Part shown: one piece after another, positions 13,759 to 29,005 of the stretch
How the letters are laid out: each line of letters begins with the position of its first letter
Numbering within the stretch: position 1 is the first letter of the stretch
Source: Oopsacas minuta
Taxonomy: Eukaryota > Animalia > Porifera
Direction: 5' to 3'
DNA: 64,000 nucleotides
Assembly: GCA_024704765.1 (NCBI GenBank)
Contig: JAKMXF010000365.1
Span: 744,001 to 808,000 of the forward strand
Position numbers and translations under genes: made by a program
Notes under the pieces: generated by a model
Database searches by the model: none
Seen by the model: the letters and a program-made list of their open reading frames with translations, nothing else
Told to the model about the DNA's origin: nothing

Positions 13759-16700
13759 CTAAACAATAGATTCAGATAAGCATAGAGTACAGGCTTCTTC
13801 TAGCAGACAAGCTTTATGATAGGAGTGACCTATTAAACAAAGTGTAGTAGTAGAACCTCTTTAATACTTACACGAGCCGACCTTCGAAATTTATACATAT
13901 AAACCGGAGCAATATCAATTGAAAAACCATCGTGTTAACCGTGTTCGTATTAACGAGGTTCCACTGTGTATGATAAAATGGATGTACAAACTTACCACAA
14001 GCAAACATTTGAATATCAGAAGGAAGGACAGGAAGAGGTGACATGATATCTGTAAAACAACTCTGACATCTAAATCTAACATAATATACATTAGCACATA
14101 GACTAGGTACTGTTATTTAGTAGTAGTGTAACAATTAATGAGAATAAACTCACTCATTCCGTTTAGCTCTAATGCCCCATTGATGCCCAGAGGTTTCTAG
14201 CGTAAAACTACTCTACAAGTCATAACAAATTAGCAAATATAATATCAGTTTAATGAATTCTTAAGGTATATACCTTTCTAGAAGATATGTTCTCATGCAA
14301 TAGAAACTATAAACCAATAGTGATATATTAAATAATAATTTATAATGTTGATTATTAATATTCGAGATTTTACCTGGAGTGATATCGCGTTAGGTTTCTG
14401 CTTCCATAACTCCTCATCAAGTCTCTCAAGAAGATGGAAAGCTATTTTACTAAATAAATAGAAAATAAAATAAGTAAGATAACTAACAAATAAATAATTG
14501 TAAATCGCTATACGTATGTGTACCTCTTTTCTTTATTGACATTACTGATTTGAACTAATTTCAACAATATTTCGTAAGGAAACCATGTTTTAATACTCGT
14601 AGTTTTCTCCAGAGGCGGTAAGATATCTCTCAATATCTCTATTACTGATAAGCAACCAATCTCTCTAACAGCTAGTCTCAATATTTGAGATATTCTATCA
14701 CTTATATCTTCTCTAGCTGCATGTGAGAATTCAGCATCAAATACTGATAAGAACATATGTATTGTCAGTTTCCAGTCAGATAGTGAATTAGGATATTTCG
14801 CTGTATATAAATACTAATATTAATCGTAATTTGATTGTTGGAGAATTACAATAAAATAACTTACCCCAAGCTGAATTAGACTGCTTTAATAAAGAATTGT
14901 CATGTAGCTGTAGGAGAATAACAGTAGCTTCCTCTTTACGATTCAACATGAAGTAACATGATATTACTCCCAGCCAGAAACTATACAGACACAATATTTA
15001 ATAAGATAATATAATGATTGCATATCAGACATTTCACGTAATTATAATGGTAAACATTAGGGAGATACTTGGGTATTTAACTAACCAGTGCTGCTTGAAG
15101 TGAGCTAGACATTCTTCAGCTAGTTCAGTAGGAATAACATTACAATTAAATATTAACTCCCAAACTCGTTTGTATTTCCACTCCAGCTGATGAGAATTAG
15201 GCCTGCAATTAGAATAAGGTAATCTCACTGCAATGTTAAGAATGTAAATACAAGCTACTATAATCACCTTGGTAAATTGATGTTGTTATCGATACTGAGC
15301 TCGTTCAGAGTGGGTAAGAATTGTAGAGACAGACAACTCCATGCTATAAAGCTATCATGGTCAGTAGTGAATGCTGTCTTTAATAAACTGAATAAATATA
15401 AATATTTATTTCAAAATAATAAAAGAATTAAATCGGATAAAATTCAGATAAACACCTAGAATTGTATGCAAACTCATCAACTGATAAGAAGAGTCCCTCC
15501 ATATACTCAAGGTAAATCTGTGATTGTGGGTGAGACTGTAACTTGTGTGTAGATTCTGTATTACTGAATAGAATAGAGAATATTTCCCAGGGAAGAATAC
15601 AGGGAAACTTTCTAACACATAACTCTATTCCACTCTGTAAATCTCTAATAGAATAATACTATAATTTACAGCAGTATTATTTTAATAATACGGATTTACT
15701 TGTGAATTTGTAAAGGAAATGATTGAGACTCTATATCCAAGAGTTCTGGTGATGAGAGGTCACTAATCGGTTCTTTAAAGTCTATAAAAATAAATATTTT
15801 TATTTTAATTGGGAATTATTATAGCTTCATAATTGCATGTATAAATAATTATAATATCCCACCTTGTAATCCTCTGGAGTATAGAGAGTATACTCTTTTC
15901 CTATCAAGCGTGTACTGTTGAGTTAGGTAGCATCGAACCTCTGAGATAGGAAGGAAGGGAGCTTGTAAAAAGAAGAAGTTAGAAGGATCAGAAGAAGCAG
16001 GTGAAACAGTTGGTATTAGAGGATTAGGAAATGAGATAGATTGCCAGCAGCAAGATAACATAGCAGATATAGCTAGTTGCTGTAGAGTATTGAAATGAGA
16101 GGAAGTGGATAAACAGGAGAGTATGGTGATGGTATGAGAACCAGGAAGAGAAGAGGTTGGAACAGAGGTTATAAGGCAAATAAATGAAGAAAGCCAGGAT
16201 GAGATGAGTTGAGAATTTGAAGATAAATCATCTTCTGAAGATTCAAGGTCTCCCCTAATTAAGAATATAATTACACAAAGTAATACTCGCAGAACATGTT
16301 CGAAAACTAATCTTGCTGTAAGAAACGTATTTCCCTGAAAAAGTTTTTTTTCGTGACGACGATCGACGATGCCCCAGCACTCAATTTCGTGTAGTACCCA
16401 CAGGCGCATTTTCGGGGATTTTTGCATATTAATAATATTATAAATACTAAATTATAATCACGTTAATCGTACCATTTGTGGAAGAAAACTTTCGAATTAA
16501 TGAACATCACCCAAACAATACTGTAGGAGATTACATTTGAACAAACATTGGTGTACTTCGATTAACAAGTAAAACATGTGTAAATGCAGTAATGATATAT
16601 TTAGTACAATTGTATTCAGCTCTTTGTCACCAATGTAGACAATTTCCTGACTACATTGTACGTTTAGCTTACCAAATTTGTTCAGAAGTCAGAGTAAAAT

Positions 16701-19700
16701 CTTCAAATATTTTGTTGTTTTTAGAAAGTTCTACAAGATCAGATTCCTTAACTTTGTCTGTATTATAATCAGGAGAGTGTACAGTTTCTGAGACACCATC
16801 CTGGGGGATAACAGAGTCTGTTTTCTTGGAGAGGTGTGTATCTGTAGATTGAATTTCTGTCTTAGATTCACGCTTTTTCTGCTTTTTCTTACGCTCCGAT
16901 CTAATACATGAATAAATACGAATAAATATATAAATAGAACAAACCATACCTTGGTATATGTTGAGATATTGGAGAATCGTCAAGCTGAATAGAACTTCTA
17001 AAGGAGAGAAATATTCTAAGTTATTATAAATAAACGCGGTTATATCTTAAATACCTCTCAGATTCCATGCTAATATCCTTAAATATATCAGTTGAATAAG
17101 GATCTAGTTCTGAGGATGGTTCAAATACAATTTCATTCTCACACTCACTTCTACTTCGAGGCAGATTTCTAACTTCTCTTCCACCAGAGGAACGCTCCTT
17201 CTTGCTCCTTTTCCGTACCAACTTAGGACTCCTGTTTGAAGTAAGATCTCCATCTTTCAAACTCTGTGTCTTCCTGATACGAGAAACCTTCGGGAACGGT
17301 AGACTATTTTCATCAAAAGAGTTCTTAATAATTCCAACAGAATATACAGCCTCTAGCTCAATACTCTGTTGAGTGAGACTATCTTCCTCTCTAATAGTGG
17401 GGGGATCAAGATACTCAGTACTCCCTCCTTCTGATAATGGTTTGATATCTTTATCAAGCACAATACCAGATGCTTGATCTGAGGATTTATCCAATTCTTG
17501 AGTTTGATTATTAGTATCTGAATAAATCTGTACAATTTCTTCATTATCAATAACTTCAGATATGATTTGTTGTTGCTCTTCTAATGGCATTATCTGTGTT
17601 ATGTGTTCATCAGGTGTAATACAAGCAGTAGATTCTACTGGTGTACTTAGTTCTTGTTGAGGTGATTCGATACTGAGGATTTGTTTCTCAATAGATGGCG
17701 AAATAGCAGTAAATTCAGAATCAGGAACTTGCTATAAGAATATAAGATAATATTAAATTTAGCTGGTAATATACATGAACACAAGGCCAATAAAGAAACT
17801 AGATAGCATGATGCCACACCTCTGCAGACGTCTTCTCATCATGAATAACATCAGCTGTCCCTCCTGAGCTCTCACCAAATTCTAACAGAATCTATAAGCA
17901 AGTCAGAAATTAATAAAGTTGCAAAGGTATTCTATTGTTATCCCACTTCACTAATTTGAGATTGTAGTTTTAACTGTGAGAGAGCTTTAACCAGTTGAGT
18001 ACAGTGGAGTAGAGACGTGCAACGTATCTGTATGGGATCCCCCTGACTTATCCAAATATCATTCTCAAACACCTGTAAATCTTGTATCTCTAAATTAATA
18101 AATAAATTAGAAATACCGAAATTTGTTATTCAAATTTGTTATTAGAACCTTGAAACAAACTAAGAGAGTATAATTACATTACATTATGTCATACAGAAGT
18201 ATTCTTGACTAGTATATTGATTTAACTGACTCAGAAAATAATAGATAAAGTTATTATAAGCATTCAGTTGGCTGGAATTATTCTTTTCCCCTTTTATCTT
18301 CAACATTTTCTTAACCTGCTTTCTCACTATTGTTTGGGTGAGCTCCACGATCAATATTTGCATTTCTACTTACTTCCTGTTTGCCCTCATGATCCATAAT
18401 TGTACCTATATCCTTGGAAGATGGAGCTCTTCCCTGATCCGAAATATTTTCGCCTGGAGCTGGTTCTTCATTTTCCTCATGTTGTTGAGGAATATTTCTC
18501 ATATTAACAACATCTGGCATAGCTATCTCAACACTTTTATCATTGTTAGTATCAATTTGAATTGCATTAACATTATCAGTAACAAATGGAGTAGGTAGAA
18601 TTGTCTGTTGAGGGTGAGAAGAGCTAGAAACAGACCTGAAGAAATAGAGCTGGAATCCCACAGCCAGGAGAATATGCAGCAGTAAGATAGCTCCAATAAC
18701 ACCGTATGCTATCTTCTGTCTATCTCTCTTGATAACAGGCCAGAAGGATATAGCCAGTACAGCACCTGATAGAACAGCTGCTAACAAAGTAATAATCCAT
18801 TGTATTGTTATGAAGCGTATTAATACTGTCCATAAGATAGATACAGGTATGTAGATAGATAGAGAGTAACCGTATAGAGTAATCATGCTGAATACAGAGT
18901 GAGTGTTACTCTGTCCTACTCGCCAGGCTAACACACCCCACAATACAATAGGTACAATCCATGTATAGACAAATAGGATAGTAGCAAGAGAAGTAACTTC
19001 TTCAAATTGAAATGTCCAACTGGAGTGGCCATAATTTCCAAAGTATTTCGCGATATTACCAGACATTGAAGCAGTCACTATGAGTGTGATACACACCCAC
19101 AGGGGTCCGTACAAGTCTGGGTTACTGGAGATAACGTCAATAAACCCCTTACGGTTTGGTATCATAGAGCTGAGGATACGATGTCCTACGTCATTTGTAG
19201 TAACATTAAAAAACTGCTGATAGTATTCAAGCTTCCAGAACATCTTAGAAGATGTTGTAGTAATTGGTTTCTCTTCCTCTTTAGCTTGTTGAGGCTGATC
19301 TAGCTCTACGAATGCGTCCGTCATTGGTAATAATTATACAAGCTAGATTGTATAGAAATGTATAGTCAATACAGTATGTGATAAGTTGTGCTTGAATTTA
19401 TGAATTATCATAATAATTATGTAAAGGTTCTAGTATTGGGATTTCCAAATTGGTATTACAGTGGAACCTGCATAATCCAGAAGAACTCTATAATCCTAAT
19501 GTTTCAAATCTATAATAGCTTCCGACAATACAAATTCAACTGCATAATCCCATAATTTGAAATCTGACACAATTTTCATGCCCCAACGAGTTTCGGATTA
19601 TATAGCTTACACTGTGGGTCAAGATGAGGACAGGGAGTAAAAGATAACATAACAATAAGTGACAATACGTATCTTTGGATAGGAATGGGATTGAGAACAA

Positions 19701-22700
19701 TGTACGAGAATATCATCACATACCTTCAATAAAAGAGTGTTGAGTGATTATATTGCTGACTAGATTCAGAAGATATATCGTGTTAGCATTCCATGCAACC
19801 AAGTGATCACTAGGGAGAATATTAAATTATTAATATAATTACAGATTTCCTGTTGCTAATAAAGATTTGAATTAAAAGAAAGTCAGCCATCGATTGCTAA
19901 CTCACATGTACTAACTTGATAACTCTTATCCTCTTGAAGATGTTGGGGATATTCTGATCTCCTGGCGTCTCCTCTTCAGGTCTCTCTGATCTCCTCTGAC
20001 CATATATGGGAGTGATTTTAACTCCATTGAGAAGATCCTTGAGTTTATATGTAAGCACTACTTTACCATCAAGAGATGCCTACAAGAACATGTTAGTACA
20101 TAATATTATACTAATACAGCATAAAGGAATATTATTATTATTATTATTATTCTTATTATTAGTATTAACCTTCCATATCCTAGCTTTAGGACGAGCAGAC
20201 AGTATCAGAGTATGATTAGGAATTGATTGTGTGTCTCGGTAGAAACAAGCACCAAATAAACCATCTCTACAAAACATAGATCATACAAAATGTGCAAAAT
20301 TAAAGACTGATTTCTATGTTCTAAGAGCATTCAGTATATGACTTAATTTTCAAATCAAAATTATATTCGGGGAATCAAAACGAACCTTTCTTGAGAGCCA
20401 ACATAAGTCACCTCCTCTCTAGAACGATGAATGTTAAAAATACGTATTATACTTTTGTAGCATAAACGTAATTGGAAAATACCTTTTCAGATTCATTATA
20501 GCAGATTTGTGCTTGCAAGAAACTAACAAATGATCATTGTCATAATCCTACGGAATGCAAAAAAAGAAATAATTTCTTATTCTTGAATTGACTAGGATAG
20601 GCCTAATCCCTTCTTCATTAAATAAAAGTTAGAACGCAACAATCATCAAATAACTGAAAAGATGAATTACGAATATACTAAGAAAGTGCTATTAATACTG
20701 GCTCTAATCTTCATGATTTCAGCTCCATTAGCTAAAGGACAAGATGAAGAGGAAGATACAAGTGGATTTATCGCAGAGCTGAGAGATGAAGACTTTGACT
20801 TGGTTATAACAAGATACAAGACACGAATAATATTAATAACATTAAGCTCTCTGTTAATTTGCTATGTATGCTGTGCAGCAGTATGTTTCTTACCTAGCAT
20901 TAGCGTAATGGTATGTGGATGTAGAGTTATGGCAGATGAAGTAGGAAGCAAGACGAAATGTACTAGAGAACCTGATAACAATGCTGTAGTGGTTATAGAG
21001 AGGAGAGGAGACGTAGAGATGTGTAGGACTGAACAAGTACAATTACCAGTGATAGAACATGGACCACAACCAAGAATAAACCCATATCATAATACAGCAA
21101 TGGTTAATTCTGGAAATGTGCAACCATACTTAACATTCACACAGGAGAAAGTTAATGTAAATAGGAAAATGTCTGATGGAAGGCAATCGATTGACTATAG
21201 CAGAGACGGTATTTCTGTTGATGAGATTGGAATTGAGAACACTAAAAGGTACAACTTTCTTTCCATGGATGATTTGAACAAGATAGAGAAGAGAGCTAAA
21301 GAGTACAGTCTGAAGCGAGTAGAGATGGGAGAAAGTAAAGTATGAAATCGTACGAGATGAAGATTACAAAGATGTAATTGGTAATTATATATATATATTT
21401 ATGTATTCGAAAAAGTACTGAGAATTCAAAACTTATTGTTTTTCTAATTGATTAAAATTATGAGTGATATTCAATTGTAATTATTTGAGCAGAAACAACT
21501 GTAAGTGGTGTATATGCTGAAATATATATATATATATATATATATACAAGCCAAAGGCTCGTCGCTTCGCGATGAACTCGAAGCATTGCGCCTCGGGTAT
21601 CCATTATTCCCCTGAATGACGGCCCCCCTGTGAGTATTATAATACTACTCAAAGGGTATAATATATTATAAAACAATGTAATCCACAAATATACGTATAT
21701 GGCATAAATATTTTGAATTATTGTAAGATCAACCCTCGTTGTAGCCGTTGAGAGCAAGTGTCTACGTAAATTTGGAGATTTTGCTAATTTGTTTACTTTA
21801 TATTCATAAAGACAACAATAAATTTACATATGATTAACTTGAAAATAAGAAAATCGGACCTCAGCATGTTTGATATATTTATTGAAGTTTGTTGAATTCC
21901 ACGTATTTACTTCTTTTTGTTAAACACGATAAATATACACCGTTATATGAGAATTTCAAAATTGCATACGGTAAATCCTTTCGTTGACAACGGACAAACG
22001 AACAATAATTGAGACTTAATAATATTGATATATCTAACTCTAGTCTCAAGACCAGCGGTTCGCAACCCTTTTCACCAGTTTTAACACATTCGGGCGACCC
22101 CCTCATTAACCGCAATACAAATTTGAGACCGTGTGACCCCCTGCTGTCGTGCGTGAACCGCCAAGGGGTCAATGGACCCCAGGTTTGGAATCGCTGCACT
22201 AGTCACTAGACCAATGCATAATTAGTTCTGCAAATACATATATGAAGCAAAATACTTCAAGAGAAATTCACCGATTCAGTAATTCTATATTAACACCATC
22301 CAAGAGAAGTTAATTGCAGTAACTATTGAATATACCGCTTTAACATGAGTGAATTAGGCTGTAGGCTGTAGCAACATTTAAATACTCGATATAATTATTA
22401 AAGTTATTACAATTCCAGCTATGTTTAAGATATACAACTTAGTATTTATTACGTGTATTCTGTTTGTGTTTTATTCACCAAATATCACTGAAGGACTATA
22501 TAGTCAAGGAGGAGATACTAATCAGCTGACTGAATTACCCAACAAACTTGAGAAAAGATCGGAATTAGGAGAGAGAAATCAAACAGAACCTAAAGATATT
22601 CCAGAGGAAGAATTAGAAAGAGATGTGATTATATCTGTGCTGATTGTGGCATTTATCATCCCTGTAATATTTGGTGGAATTATGTTGCTTTGTAGACTTA

Positions 22701-24495
22701 GAACTTGCATTAGTAAGAAGAGACGTGTACGTAAAATACAGCAACAAGTTGAAGAGAATGTGTATAACGATAGCTTGATGGTAATCAGGAAGATGGGGCC
22801 TGTACAACTACACAATTCATTTCCCCAATTTATTAACGGTATAGCACGAGAAGAGATGCAATGCTATATGAATAGAAGTGCAATAATTAGGGAGTATATG
22901 AACACAAGTGGTATGCGTAATAATCCAGAGACAGGGCAGATTGAAGGACACGAGGATAGCGCACCAAACACCCAACCCCAAATTATACCTATGCCGATGA
23001 TAGCAATACAATATCCTAGTCCTGTGATAGGAACATCAAATAATAACTACAATTCCCCATCAGAAGAATTTAACAATAACTTGTATCCACAATTACCACT
23101 TAACTTTAAGAATGGAAGTCCTATGTTCCCAATGCCGAAAAACTCAACTCCTAGATCTCCCACTGGCGTAAAAATGTCTCCTGAACGACGTCCTTCGAGC
23201 CGGGAAACACCAGATCGTGCTTGTCATCAGAAAAGCTTAGATCTACTCAAACAAATAACTATGTCTTCTCCTCCTAATTATTACCTCGTTAATAAGAACA
23301 GGGATTCTGTTGGCAAGAGTTTACCTTGTCTGTTACACGGACATAAAAATAGCCCCTATACCGGATTAAACGTGAATATTAGCGGAGCTGTGACTATGAA
23401 GGATAGAAGTGCTAGTGAGAGTGATATTTCTAATTAAAATTTATTCGTTGTTCTTAATTCAAATTTTAGTAAATTGTGTAAAACTCCGTAATATAGTGAA
23501 TTGAACTTTATTGTTCCCTCTTCTATGCAAATTTGTAACAATTAAACAGAATCAAATTATTCAATTATTTTACTCACCAATTGAACTACTGGAGTTTCAC
23601 AAACTAATATTATTCCTGGTTTCCTCAGACGTATACCTCCTGTTGAAGAGAGAACAGTGCGTGGTAACTATGTAAATAATCATAAACAATTATTCATATT
23701 TTACAGGAAATTCAAAAAAATTCGTTAATTAAAATAAATCAACTAACCACTCCTGGCATATGCGCTACTGATATTTTCCCATTAGTATCTCCAATGAACA
23801 GCTGTTGTCCCTTATTATCCCATATCATATCACTGATAATACTTCCTTTATGCTCGGAAATTTCTAGAATTTTCTATAAAGGAATATAATACAAATAATA
23901 GAATAGACAACACAATTCAGTTACCTCTCAAATATTATACAAACAAACATAGCACGAAATCGCAATTGTCTGAGTCTTTCCATAGCTTAGCGATCGATTA
24001 CAAATTTACCTTTGAAGATTGTAATTGGCTGATATTGAGTTCCCATACAATTGCAACTCCACATCTAAAAATATGTATTATTAGATTATAGCAAGAAACA
24101 ATAAGGTAAAAACTCATACCCTGTTCCAACTGCTAAACATCTGCCATCAGGGGAGAACCGGACCATCTGTATATCTCGTTCCTAGAGAACAAACCTAGAT
24201 TGACTAATCGTGACATTGATTATGCCATAGAATTTTCGAATTCTCTTGCTACATGTCAATCTTTACTAACCTTATTTGGTATAAAACTAATATAGCTGAT
24301 CGGATCTTTAACGAACACATACGCAGCCCCAGTATTAGCTCCTAACACGATCAGATTACTAGACACAGCAAAACACGAGTACTTAATCCGTAATGATGTA
24401 TTAATGGGTGTGTACAGTTTCTTAACAATATCCCTAACTTCTAAAGGCAGGTATACATCTCTTAGAGTAGATTCTGTTATAATGCTAGCTGCCAT
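13759..24495 (-). CDS. HPS5: BLOC-2 subunit HPS5 (WD40 propeller + solenoid) with an extra C-terminal RING-H2; more than 20 exons; hosts three nested genes
   Basis: Segments matching human HPS5 in order: KYSCFAVSSNLIVLG, AIVWELN, SEHKGSIISDMIWD..LFIGD, DYDNDHLLVS, RDGLFGACFY..SARPKARIWK, EIQDLQV, RKFPCILPWEI, RPNSHQLEWKY, FWLG..RKEEA..LHDNSLL, LERLDEELWKQ. The match is from recalled sequence, not a database search. Confidence 0.85.
18311..19324 (-). CDS. YIPF1: YIPF1/YIPF2 Golgi Yip1-domain membrane protein, intronless, nested on the same strand inside an HPS5 intron (19723-18090)
   Basis: FWKLEYYQQFFNV, NPDLYGPLWVCITL, LYGYSLSIYIPVSILW and five hydrophobic segments. Confidence 0.92.
   Translation of the reverse strand: MTDAFVELDQPQQAKEEEKPITTTSSKMFWKLEYYQQFFNVTTNDVGHRILSSMIPNRKGFIDVISSNPDLYGPLWVCITLIVTASMSGNIAKYFGNYGHSSWTFQFEEVTSLATILFVYTWIVPIVLWGVLAWRVGQSNTHSVFSMITLYGYSLSIYIPVSILWTVLIRFITIQWIITLLAAVLSGAVLAISFWPVIKRDRQKIAYGVIGAILLLHILLAVGFQLYFFRSVSSSSHPQQTILPTPFVTDNVNAIQIDTNNDKSVEIAMPDVVNMRNIPQQHEENEEPAPGENISDQGRAPSSKDIGTIMDHEGKQEVSRNANIDRGAHPNNSEKAG
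19459..19614. mobile_element. Tc1/mariner-type MITE just upstream of YIPF1
   Basis: Imperfect terminal inverted repeats CAGTGGAACCTGCATAATCC and GGATTATATAGCTTACACTG, with TA on the left flank. A related end (TTAACGAGGTTCCACTG) occurs near 13950-13966. Confidence 0.55.
20662..21345 (+). CDS. Orphan single-pass type I membrane protein, intronless, antisense in HPS5 intron 23577-20548
   Basis: 227-aa ORF with a signal peptide (VLLILALIFMISAPLAKG), a ~25-aa acidic ectodomain, a Cys-rich TM region (IILITLSSLLICYVCCAAVCFL) and a cytoplasmic tail. No family recognised. Confidence 0.7.
   Translation: MNYEYTKKVLLILALIFMISAPLAKGQDEEEDTSGFIAELRDEDFDLVITRYKTRIILITLSSLLICYVCCAAVCFLPSISVMVCGCRVMADEVGSKTKCTREPDNNAVVVIERRGDVEMCRTEQVQLPVIEHGPQPRINPYHNTAMVNSGNVQPYLTFTQEKVNVNRKMSDGRQSIDYSRDGISVDEIGIENTKRYNFLSMDDLNKIEKRAKEYSLKRVEMGESKV
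22053..22196. mobile_element. hAT (Charlie/MER5-like) MITE; a second degenerate copy lies at ~36449-36590
   Basis: Terminal inverted repeats CAGCGGTTCGCAACC and GGTTTGGAATCGCTG. The internal segment CGTGAACC..GG.TAATGGA.CCCAGGT is shared with the ~36545-36580 region. Confidence 0.6.
22421..23437 (+). CDS. Orphan single-pass type I membrane protein with a long Tyr/Pro/Ser-rich tail, intronless, antisense in the same HPS5 intron
   Basis: 338-aa ORF with a signal peptide, a short ectodomain containing a KR dibasic site, a TM segment (VIISVLIVAFIIPVIFGGIMLLC), a basic stop-transfer KKRR and several Tyr motifs. Confidence 0.75.
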   Translation: MFKIYNLVFITCILFVFYSPNITEGLYSQGGDTNQLTELPNKLEKRSELGERNQTEPKDIPEEELERDVIISVLIVAFIIPVIFGGIMLLCRLRTCISKKRRVRKIQQQVEENVYNDSLMVIRKMGPVQLHNSFPQFINGIAREEMQCYMNRSAIIREYMNTSGMRNNPETGQIEGHEDSAPNTQPQIIPMPMIAIQYPSPVIGTSNNNYNSPSEEFNNNLYPQLPLNFKNGSPMFPMPKNSTPRSPTGVKMSPERRPSSRETPDRACHQKSLDLLKQITMSSPPNYYLVNKNRDSVGKSLPCLLHGHKNSPYTGLNVNISGAVTMKDRSASESDISN

Positions 24496-24650
24496 TTCAT
24501 TATATCTGCAAGACAAATAGCATAACAACCAAACAGGGTCAATGAAATTTACCAAGAAAATTATGCAGTACGGATAATATCAGGCTTATATATTAAACAA
24601 ATTTCTATTGTAAAATAACGAATACAGTATATTTAGTTGCTCGTTTGCAT

Positions 24651-25532
24651 TTAATTTCCGGAATATACAGGTGTCCTCTTCTCTTTAAAAGCTTTCAATC
24701 CCTCTATTCTATCGTTGGTTGGAATAACCTGTGCATAACAAGCCTCCTCAATCTTCAGCCCTGTAGTCAGGTCTGTTTGCATACCAGCGTTAATAGCTTG
24801 TTTAGCCAGCTTCACTGCTATAGGGCCATGTGGTATTATTTGGTTAGCAATATCTAATGCTTTCTGGAATGCTGCATCTCTCTTTTCATTTTGCTTAACT
24901 ACATACTGTGCTATACCAGCTTCATATGCTTCAGTCCCTGACAATACTTTAGCAGTGAAAATCAGTTCTTTTGCTTTAGCAGAGCCAATCAATCTCGGGA
25001 GTCTCTGGGTGCCTCCTCCCCCTGGAATAATAGCTAATCTTGTCTCTACCAGTCCTAGCCTAGCATCTGACGATGCAACCAGGAGATCACCCGCGAGAGC
25101 TATTTCTAGACCCCCTCCAAGAGCAGCTCCGTCTAGAGCGAAAATAACTGGTTTGTGAAGATTCTCAATTCTTTGTGAAGACATTCTAAACTGAGATACT
25201 AGTCCAGCTACTTTATCCTGAGGGATAGTAAGACGCTCCTTCAGATCAGCTCCAGCACAGAATATCCCTGGCACAAGAGAGCGGAATATGACAGCTCTTA
25301 CCTTACCCTCATCATGCTCAAGATCTGACAGAATTGCAGTCAGTCTAGATATCAGCCCAATACTAAGAGAGTTCTTTGCTTCAGGCCGATTAAACCCAAT
25401 AATAGCAATCTTACTCTCTGTTATAGTAAGCTCTATCTCTGTGCCAACACCTGTAGTAGAGGAGTAGAAGGGATATGAGTTAACAAGACCTCTGAGAGAT
25501 GTACTGATAAGCCTACGGAATGATAACATCAT
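24651..25532 (-). CDS. AUH: Methylglutaconyl-CoA hydratase (crotonase family), mitochondrial, intronless
   Basis: Basic targeting-like N-terminus, NRPEAKNSLS, GIFCAGADLKER, ALGGGLEIALAGD, GLVETRLAIIPGGGGTQRLPRL, YAQVIPTNDRIEGLKAFKEKR. Confidence 0.95.
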   Translation of the reverse strand: MMLSFRRLISTSLRGLVNSYPFYSSTTGVGTEIELTITESKIAIIGFNRPEAKNSLSIGLISRLTAILSDLEHDEGKVRAVIFRSLVPGIFCAGADLKERLTIPQDKVAGLVSQFRMSSQRIENLHKPVIFALDGAALGGGLEIALAGDLLVASSDARLGLVETRLAIIPGGGGTQRLPRLIGSAKAKELIFTAKVLSGTEAYEAGIAQYVVKQNEKRDAAFQKALDIANQIIPHGPIAVKLAKQAINAGMQTDLTTGLKIEEACYAQVIPTNDRIEGLKAFKEKRTPVYSGN

Positions 25533-25817
25533 TGTAGTAGTAGTAGATAAAAGCTATAGGAACACTGTATTTTGAAATCGAATTTGGACTGTACTTGTAA
25601 GTAATTTTAAGATTTGAATGTTGTATCCGAATTTCACACGATAAAACGCCGTAAATCAGGCTATGTGTACATATACGAGGTAGTTATCAAGTTAATACTT
25701 GTATTTCACTCTTTCACATGGAAATAAAACTGTCATAACGAGTAATTATAAAATAATGAAACAAACAACAAAATTAATAAGAGAATTAAGAAATAATTCA
25801 ATAACTCAGAAAATAGT

Positions 25818-29005
<3,188 letters not shown>

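Noticed and set aside
21525-21650. (TA)n followed by a GC-rich GCCAAAGG segment, similar to 7390-7460
   Set aside because: Probably small transposon relics. No ends, duplication or RNA fold could be defined.
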